Positions 1-6,700 of a stretch of DNA of 33,510 nt are shown here, in pieces. A program made the translations under genes and the position numbers. Position 1 is the stretch's first letter, and each line of letters opens with the position of its first letter. The notes under the pieces were generated by a model. It did not search any database. It worked only from the letters and a program-made list of their open reading frames with translations, and was not told where the DNA came from. The stretch comes from a virus (taxonomy: Duplodnaviria > Caudoviricetes), in the IMG/VR virus record IMGVR_UViG_3300033076_000279, positions 1 through 33,510 of that record; one strand, 5' to 3'.

Positions 1-31
1 GACGTAATTAAAACAGAACTAATTTAAAAAA

Positions 32-313
32 ATGGCAATAACCGTAAAAGGACACCGAGTATTACTCAATCGTCCAGCAAGAGAAGAAAGATTAATCCAA
101 CTGACTCCCGAGATGGAGGAAGAGATGAACATCCAAGAGTTAAAGAAGTTAAAGCACTTGGAAGTTTACGCAGTCGGAGAAGAAGTAACCAGCATAAAAG
201 TAGGAGACTTCGTTTATGTAAACATGATGTACCTTCAGTCAGCAGAGTTAGTTGACGTAGAAGGGGAAGAAAAGATCATGGTAAATGATAGAGATATCGC
301 TATTGTTTGGTAA
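32..313 (+). CDS. groES: GroES/Cpn10-like co-chaperonin (phage-encoded)
   Basis: 93 aa with the Cpn10 pattern: N-terminal 'VKGHRVLL' (cf. PLxDRVLV), 'EVYAVGEEV', 'IKVGDFVY' and C-terminal 'VEGEEKIMVNDRDIAIVW' (cf. dGeeylilxExDIla). Confidence 0.8.
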   Translation: MAITVKGHRVLLNRPAREERLIQLTPEMEEEMNIQELKKLKHLEVYAVGEEVTSIKVGDFVYVNMMYLQSAELVDVEGEEKIMVNDRDIAIVW

Positions 314-328
314 TTAAAATAAAAAGAT

Positions 329-652
329 ATGTTATTCTATTATACAGAAAAAGAAAAAGTAGAGAGTGGGGAGGAGATGGAGTTAATCATTAAGAAAGGC
401 TTCTCTTTTAATCTTCACAAAGTTCTTATGACTTACCCTACAGAGAATGGCTTAGCTGTTGTCTTAGAAGGTAACGCTGATAAGCTCAACCCTGTAGATT
501 ACCAATACAAGATTGATCCTGCAACTAAGCAAAAAGTTCCAGTAAAAATCACTAAATTTGAAATCACAAGTGAGCCAATCGTAGTAGAGCTGAAAGTAAA
601 AGAAGAAATTCTTGCATTCTTAGCTGCTACAGGAGGACCACAAGCGATTTAA
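329..652 (+). CDS. Hypothetical phage protein, 107 aa
   Basis: ATG with an A-rich leader 15 nt after the groES stop, TAA stop, followed by a terminator. No recognisable motif. Confidence 0.75.
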   Translation: MLFYYTEKEKVESGEEMELIIKKGFSFNLHKVLMTYPTENGLAVVLEGNADKLNPVDYQYKIDPATKQKVPVKITKFEITSEPIVVELKVKEEILAFLAATGGPQAI

Positions 653-656
653 TCAT

Positions 657-697
657 AGTTTTAGTTTATTTAGTTTTAGTTATTTAGTTATTAGTTT
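657..697. repeat. Imperfect short tandem repeat (TTAGTT/TTTAGTTA units)
   Basis: agttttagtttatttagttttagttatttagttattagttt, about 6 TAGTT cores. A similar tract lies at 25683-25721. Confidence 0.7.
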
Positions 698-704
698 ACC
701 AACC

Positions 705-743
705 AAAAGAAAAAGGGGCTCTTAATAGGGCCCCTTTTCTTTT
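705..743. terminator. Bidirectional Rho-independent terminator
   Basis: aaaagaaaaa-GGGGCTCT-taat-AGGGCCCC-ttttctttt: GC-rich stem with an A-tract before and a T-tract after, at the junction of convergent plus and minus operons. Confidence 0.9.
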
Positions 744-972
744 ACAATCTTATTACTCTTGGATGTTCTAGTCCATTTGCTATGACGACATCTAATCCTA
801 GTATACTTTCTATTATAACATCGTCTTCTTCTTCTATTCCCATTTCTTTTAGAAGGGTTTCAAACTGATCTTCTGTAAGCAATACTACATTAGGTCTTAC
901 TGCTAACCCATCCTTTTCTGATTCCAAATAGAATTGGTTTATAAGTTTATCTATATCTGCTAACGTAATCAT
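742..972 (-). CDS. Small acidic hypothetical protein, 76 aa
   Basis: ATG with an A-rich leader. The TAA stop overlaps the terminator. It is the last gene of the minus-strand operon. Confidence 0.75.
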   Translation of the reverse strand: MITLADIDKLINQFYLESEKDGLAVRPNVVLLTEDQFETLLKEMGIEEEDDVIIESILGLDVVIANGLEHPRVIRL

Positions 973-989
973 CTTAATTTTATTTATAA

Positions 990-2312
990 TTATTTAAAGC
1001 GAATATAAAACGAATATATTAAATCCGTATCTTTTTCTACTAAATCAAATGAAACTCCTGGATACCCTGGACCAAAGTTATTCATTATCCACTTAGAAGA
1101 GCCGTACATAGACAACACATTCCTGTATCTAAACTTATATACTTGTTGCATACTCTCTGTATGTAGGTCACCTTTTACTACTGAGATATTCTTATTCTCT
1201 CCTAATTTATGGTGATCTATATACTTATTAAGGAAGTTTTCTGCCTTTTCGTTTAAGAAAAGGGGAAGACCGTGCTTAAGATCTTCAGAATCTTTTCCAT
1301 GAGTGAAGATAAACGTGTGTTTGCCATAGTCAAAATGTTCTAAGAACCTCTCCATAATTGTTACTTTAATAAATGGATAGGCTGTATTCAAATATAAACA
1401 TAACGCTTGGTTAGTTATGTAGCCAAAAGAACCTGAGTGGTTATCTTCTGTCTGCATAATAGCGTGTATGTTATTTGCTAGATTCTTCTCTACTAAAGAG
1501 TCAAAGAATCTCTTGTGAGCATAAAGGTAAGTCATAAATGACTCTTTATTACTCATATTCTGGGGAAGAGCATGACCACCTCTGGTAGTCTGACCATTCC
1601 AACCATCTAAAGAGTCGCCTAAATCACAAATAAACAGATCTTCTAATCTACCAAAGTTCTTTGCTTGTCTCTCTATCTCATCTAATACCTTCATCATTCG
1701 TACTTCAAAGATATCTTCGTTATACTCATTAGAATAAATAGCATTAGGATGAGTAAGTGCTCCTACATGTTTGTCACTCATGTAAACAAACAAAGCCTTT
1801 TTAGAGGCTACAGGAGACTTTCTAGGTATTGGGTACGGAGTTAGGTTAGATTTTAGGAAAACCTCTCTTAGAACGGCTTCTATGTCTTGTGGAAGAGTAT
1901 CTTCAGGCTTTATAGAAGCAAATAAGGCTGACACTAGCCAGCCTGATTGTTTTTCTTTACTCCAATATTGTACTAAACGCCACTTTGTAGTGTCGATTTT
2001 ATGAATCTTAATGATCTCCTCAGCAGATCTGGGTTGTTCAGAAACTAGTTTAGATACTTCTAAAGTACCTCTATCTAAGTTTTCATCATAACTTCCTAAA
2101 ATTTGAGCAGGTTGAGGAGCAATAACACTTAAAGGTTGATTACTATTTAGCTTAGCTAAAGCAGTTCTCTTTAAGTCTCGAACTCGCTTAGATCTTAACT
2201 GACTAGGATCTTGTGGATAGTAGTCAAAACGATTAGCAACCTCTAAGGCTGATTCGTCTGTGTTTGGATTATCCATATAGTGCTGGATAATCTGTTTAGA
2301 GATTGGCATCAT
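990..2312 (-). CDS. Calcineurin-like metallophosphoesterase with N-terminal helical (possible HTH) extension
   Basis: Motifs in canonical order: SDKHVG (DxH), LGDSLDG (GDxxD), EDNH (GNH variant), THG, GDLH (GHxH variant). Start placed at ATG 2312 (or 2309) rather than TTG 2318. Confidence 0.85.
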   Translation of the reverse strand: MMPISKQIIQHYMDNPNTDESALEVANRFDYYPQDPSQLRSKRVRDLKRTALAKLNSNQPLSVIAPQPAQILGSYDENLDRGTLEVSKLVSEQPRSAEEIIKIHKIDTTKWRLVQYWSKEKQSGWLVSALFASIKPEDTLPQDIEAVLREVFLKSNLTPYPIPRKSPVASKKALFVYMSDKHVGALTHPNAIYSNEYNEDIFEVRMMKVLDEIERQAKNFGRLEDLFICDLGDSLDGWNGQTTRGGHALPQNMSNKESFMTYLYAHKRFFDSLVEKNLANNIHAIMQTEDNHSGSFGYITNQALCLYLNTAYPFIKVTIMERFLEHFDYGKHTFIFTHGKDSEDLKHGLPLFLNEKAENFLNKYIDHHKLGENKNISVVKGDLHTESMQQVYKFRYRNVLSMYGSSKWIMNNFGPGYPGVSFDLVEKDTDLIYSFYIRFK

Positions 2313-2322
2313 AGGCAAAGAG

Positions 2323-2682
2323 TTATAAAATCAACCCTATGGTTAACAAAACTATAGCAAATAATCCGCCTTTCAAAACTTTGTTTAAAGTTTTAATAGT
2401 TTCTTGTTGAGCTTTTACCTTGGTATCAAGACGAACTATCTCTACTTTAGCGGTATCTAGAGCCTTCTGGTAGTTAGGAATTAAAGAATCTTTATAGTAT
2501 ACTAACTGCATACTATCAGTCTTAATAATCTTTTTAAGACTTACTACTCTTTCACGTGCTTGAATTCCCTTAAGGAATTCGTTATTCAACTCCTTTAGCG
2601 GTAAGCTGTCTAGAGATTGTGAGTAGATATTTTGTGCCGTCAATATCAGGCATAGTGTCAATAGCAATCTGAATTGTGTCAT
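2323..2682 (-). CDS. Exported coiled-coil membrane protein, putative spanin-like lysis component
   Basis: N-terminal signal peptide (FRLLLTLCLILTAQNIYS|Q), coiled-coil middle and C-terminal TM (GGLFAIVLLTIGLIL). Overlaps the upstream gene by 101 nt and lies downstream of the holin. Confidence 0.55.
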   Translation of the reverse strand: MTQFRLLLTLCLILTAQNIYSQSLDSLPLKELNNEFLKGIQARERVVSLKKIIKTDSMQLVYYKDSLIPNYQKALDTAKVEIVRLDTKVKAQQETIKTLNKVLKGGLFAIVLLTIGLIL

Positions 2683-2899
2683 ACTTAAGGGTGATTTTTT
2701 CGTAGTTGTGATACTCCTCGTGCTTAATATGCTCTAAAGAATCTATCTTTTCAAAGTAAGTGTCGTTAGCTTTGTCTATAGAATCAATGAAAGATATTAC
2801 TTGATTGGTATCTTGTTCTTGTACATACTCGTACTTAAAAAGTAAGTAAGCGATTATGAAGATAAGAACAAAGTTGAGTTTAAGAGAAAAGTTTTTCAT
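2582..2899 (-). CDS. Putative inner-membrane spanin (Rz-like)
   Basis: Single N-terminal TM (LNFVLIFIIAYLLF) followed by a helical periplasmic domain. TAATG-coupled to the holin, and the next gene starts inside it in Rz/Rz1 style. Confidence 0.55.
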   Translation of the reverse strand: MKNFSLKLNFVLIFIIAYLLFKYEYVQEQDTNQVISFIDSIDKANDTYFEKIDSLEHIKHEEYHNYEKITLKYDTIQIAIDTMPDIDGTKYLLTISRQLTAKGVE

Positions 2900-3315
2900 T
2901 AATCTTTCTTATCGTGGTTGAATTTGTGCTGATCTATCTTTTCTAAGATTTCAGACAGAACACTATTGCTTATGACTCCTACTGTATGTGCATTCTTAAG
3001 GGCACTAATTAGTTGGAAAACAATAAATGGAGCACAGAATGTCTCTGATAACCAGAATGTACCATCAAAACCTTTCTCTACCATTAAGATAACGGAGAGA
3101 ATCATAACCCATGCAAACAAGGTCTGAAGAACTTTCATCGCTTTTCTTGTCTGAAAACCTACTTTCTTAGTACCTGCCCATACACCAAAGAAACCATCTA
3201 CAAATACAACAGCAACAACCGCTAAGTATTGTTCTGCATTATCTGCAGTTAGATTTAAAAAATATGTGCCCAAGAAGGCACATACTGTAGTGAAAGTTAC
3301 TAAAAGAGTCTTCAT
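2899..3315 (-). CDS. Phage holin (holin_4_1 / toxin-secretion-phage-lysis type)
   Basis: 3-4 TM helices, 'VFVDGFFGVWAG' (D-x-x-x-G), 'FQLISALKNA' (cf. E-x-x-S-I-x-EN) and a charged C-terminal tail. ATG at 3315 is preferred over TTG at 3318. Confidence 0.75.
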   Translation of the reverse strand: MKTLLVTFTTVCAFLGTYFLNLTADNAEQYLAVVAVVFVDGFFGVWAGTKKVGFQTRKAMKVLQTLFAWVMILSVILMVEKGFDGTFWLSETFCAPFIVFQLISALKNAHTVGVISNSVLSEILEKIDQHKFNHDKKD

Positions 3316-3318
3316 CAA

Positions 3319-3645
3319 TTAAGCGTAGTAAGCGATTACAGAGCCTGAAGAAAGAGTTATAGAAGAGATAGTTGTTCCTTGAGGAACAGTAATTTTACTT
3401 AAAGTTGCTAATGTAACTCCAGTTAAACCTAAACTTGTCATCAAGCTGTTACCATTTTGATCCAAGATATCACTAACTGCAGCAGCAGAGTTAACTACAA
3501 AGTATTGGAAAGATCCTGTTACAGGACTAGTACCACTAATTACTTTAGAACCTTTAAGACCTACATTGTCTCCAATGCAGCATACAATTGATTCAATGTG
3601 ACGAAGCCTTCTGGCTTGTTCTTTGAGCAAATCATTATTTTCCAT
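3319..3645 (-). CDS. Hypothetical beta-rich protein, 108 aa (possible virion decoration protein)
   Basis: Short N-terminal helix, then S/T/G/V-rich strands ending 'ITLSSGSVIAYYA'. First gene after the promoter at 3698-3727. Confidence 0.6.
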   Translation of the reverse strand: MENNDLLKEQARRLRHIESIVCCIGDNVGLKGSKVISGTSPVTGSFQYFVVNSAAAVSDILDQNGNSLMTSLGLTGVTLATLSKITVPQGTTISSITLSSGSVIAYYA

Positions 3646-3697
3646 AATTTTTTATATTATCTATTCGACATTACGTCCGACCTAAGTCCGATCTATA

Positions 3698-3727
3698 CAA
3701 ATTTAATTTAATTAAAAATAAAGTCAA
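3698..3727 (-). promoter_or_regulatory. Bacteroidota sigma-A type promoter (-33/-7) for the lysis cassette
   Basis: Minus strand TTG(3727-3725)-N19-TAAATTTG(3705-3698) matches the TTTG-N19-21-TAnnTTTG consensus and is intergenic. Confidence 0.8.
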
Positions 3728-3738
3728 GGGATAAAGAC

Positions 3739-6700
3739 TTACTCTTCAATATCATAATCGCTAGCATCTGGGTTAACATCTAATCCTTTTCTATCTCCTA
3801 AAATATTCATAAATGGATAAGCAAAAGAGACATCATCTTTGATTTTACCTTCTCTATACTCTGTAATTCGTTTCTTAAATTTTTCAGTAAGCTTAGCTGC
3901 TTTATCTTTAATAGATTGGGGAACAGGTCTGCCCTGAGAAACATAGATTGCAGCATCTGCTCTTAATTCTTTAATTGCTTTTTTATAAAGTTTTCTTTCT
4001 TGTGCAATAAAAGTTCTACTAGGCATCAACTCTAATCCGGTATGATCTTTTGTAAATCTTGTACGTAACTCTTTTGTATAAGTCTTAGGAGAATAGTCAT
4101 TGTATGCTCTGTTCTGGAATTCTACAGATTTAGGACCAATAAAAATTCCTCGTAAACCAAGAGCTTGGATAGCTAAGACAGCTTGTCCTATTCTTCCTGC
4201 CTCCATTGGATGTGTTTTATCCCAATCAATCTTTGAGGAGTTTGGTCTGTATTTGTAATAGGGCTCACTTAACCACAGATCATCGTCTGTAAGAAACTTT
4301 CTCCACACACTAAAAGGTCCTAAAGCTGCCCAACCAATCTTTTCAAAGATACTTACTCCGTTAGCTTGCTCTGCAATGTATGTAAAAGCCATTTCATTCA
4401 TTCCCCAAAGGGTAAACACACCTTCTGCTTCGTTAGTAATTCTCTTAAGTCCTAAACAAACATAGTCTTTCCAGTCAGCTTCTGCATCTTCCTCACAGTT
4501 TAATCTCAGAGACATCTGAACTATCAAGTTAGCTAAAACTGTATAAGAAGCTAACTGAACAGCAAATTGTTTTAATCCCGCCTTATCCACTTCAGAGGTA
4601 TACTTCCAAGTACTAAATGCATTTCCATTATCGTAATATACTACATCTTTTAAGAATCTTAGAGCTGCTCTGTGAGATCCTATGGTCTTAATTCCTGCTC
4701 CATAATGAATAGTTTCTGATCCCCAAGTAGACTTAAGGTCAGGAATTACCCATTTCTTTAAGAATAATAAAGAACGATAAGTTGCATACTTTGTAGCAGT
4801 AGGCTGAGCTTCAGGAGAATAAATACCCTGAGCACGCTCATTAGCTAATTGTATTTCTTTTCTAACTCTCTTAATTAATGCATCAGGCACCTCTAAGTTT
4901 GCCTTTGGTTTAATCACACCATCTACCATCTCAAATGCATCCTTTAAAGGCACTGTCATTTGAGAATCTTTGTATTTGACTCTATATTTATTTAAAAAGG
5001 CATAAGTAGTAACAGCTGAGATATCGAATTCAGTAAAGTCTCTAAGAGTTGAAACAGCTTTCCAAACCTTTCCATACTTTACAAGGCCTTTATTGTTGAT
5101 CTCACTAGCCTGATTAGCAATAGATTGTGTACCTGTAAAGTAATCAACTAAAGAAACTCTAAAAGGTTTAGCTCCAAACTGGTTATAACCTGTATAAAAC
5201 TCTTTAGCGATACCTAAAGTATCACCTACTGCTTTAGCCATGTCCTTTGCAGTTATATGATAGAATCCAAGTTGAGAGAATATTTTTAAGTAACCATTAG
5301 TCCAGTTTTGCGGAAGACTAATAAGGTTAAATCCTAATGTTTTAAATCCTGCTAAACTTGTTACCCCAGAAAAAATACTATTAAACTTTCTTAAAGCAAT
5401 AGAATTGTTTTTATCTGAGAGCACTTTACCATAAAGTTCACGGTCAATTAAGTCATTGACAACATTCACCGCTCTAGTTTCCCCTCCTTGAGCCTTACTA
5501 AGAACTTCTTCCATAGTAAGTACAGTAGATTGATACTTACGCATTATCTTAAACCGTTCTGAAGACGTAGCGTAAGATGCCATGGCAGTCATAATATCAT
5601 AAGACTGTTCTTCTAAAGGAAGAGTACGAGCATAACGATTAAATAGTCTACGAGAAGTTTTTACTACAGGATCTCCAAAAGCATCTGTCTGATAAGCATC
5701 TCCATAGATATCATCCTCGTCAGAGAAGTTCTCCAAGTTTCCTGTAAAGTAACCTTTAATAGAATTAAAAAACTGTTTAACAGTATTAGCTTTCAGTTTA
5801 ATTAAGTCTATAAACTCACCTCGTGTTTTTCTAATACCAGGAATAAGATCTCCTAGCTTATCTTTCTGATACAGGCCTTCTTGACTTCTATAATGAAGTT
5901 CTCGCATACGAGCTAATATCTTTTTCTGCTTAGCAGTTAAGGAATTATAGCCTGCATTGTAAAACTCTCCTCCTGTAACTGGCTTAAAAGTAACCTCTCC
6001 TGGTTTATAATTAGGATTTTTAAACTCCTGATTAACAACAGCTTTATACCATAAAGAAGAAGGTACATCTTTTTCAAAGTATTTAGGGTCATTAGGTACA
6101 GTGACCCTCCACATAAACAAAGGCTCCTGTACTTCTACCACAGAACGTAATTCAGGACTGTATCTAAATTTTGTAATATGATTATCCTTGTACCAATCTG
6201 AGTTTTTAAACTTTGCATTAACAAGAGCCTCTATAGATTTTTGGTCTAAGTCAGGATTTTCTGCAGTAACTTGAGAACGAAGAGTATCTAATTGTGTTTG
6301 TACCGCACTATTGTAATACTCTGAATTTACATTAGACTGTAATTCCTGTAACTCGCTTATTAGATCTGCTAATTTGTCTTTAACCTCTTGAGGTAAAGGA
6401 CTATTCTTCTTTAATAAAGCTTTTACAGATTCGATCTTTTCCTCGATTTCTTTTGCTTTAGCTACTTGTCCAGTTGTAATATTAGAAGGATCATAAGCTC
6501 CGTCCTTGTCTTTGTTTCCTGAAAGAAGATTAAATAAATCAGAATAAAGATCTTCTAAAGATCCTCTCTCCTTAAGCAAAGATTGAATTTGGTCTAATAT
6601 ATCTTGTCTTGTATCGTAAAACTCTTGAGTATAGGTAGACTTGGTATAAACCGATGCCCACTTATTGTATGCATCGTAAGCTGCCTGTCTTTGTGCAGGA

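Noticed and set aside
1-27. Possible 3' end of an upstream plus-strand gene (DVIKTELI*)
   Set aside because: Plausible, but eight codons are too few to support a call.
657-697. Possible CRISPR array or telomere-like repeat
   Set aside because: The units are 5-9 nt and imperfect with no spacers, so this is a simple low-complexity tract.
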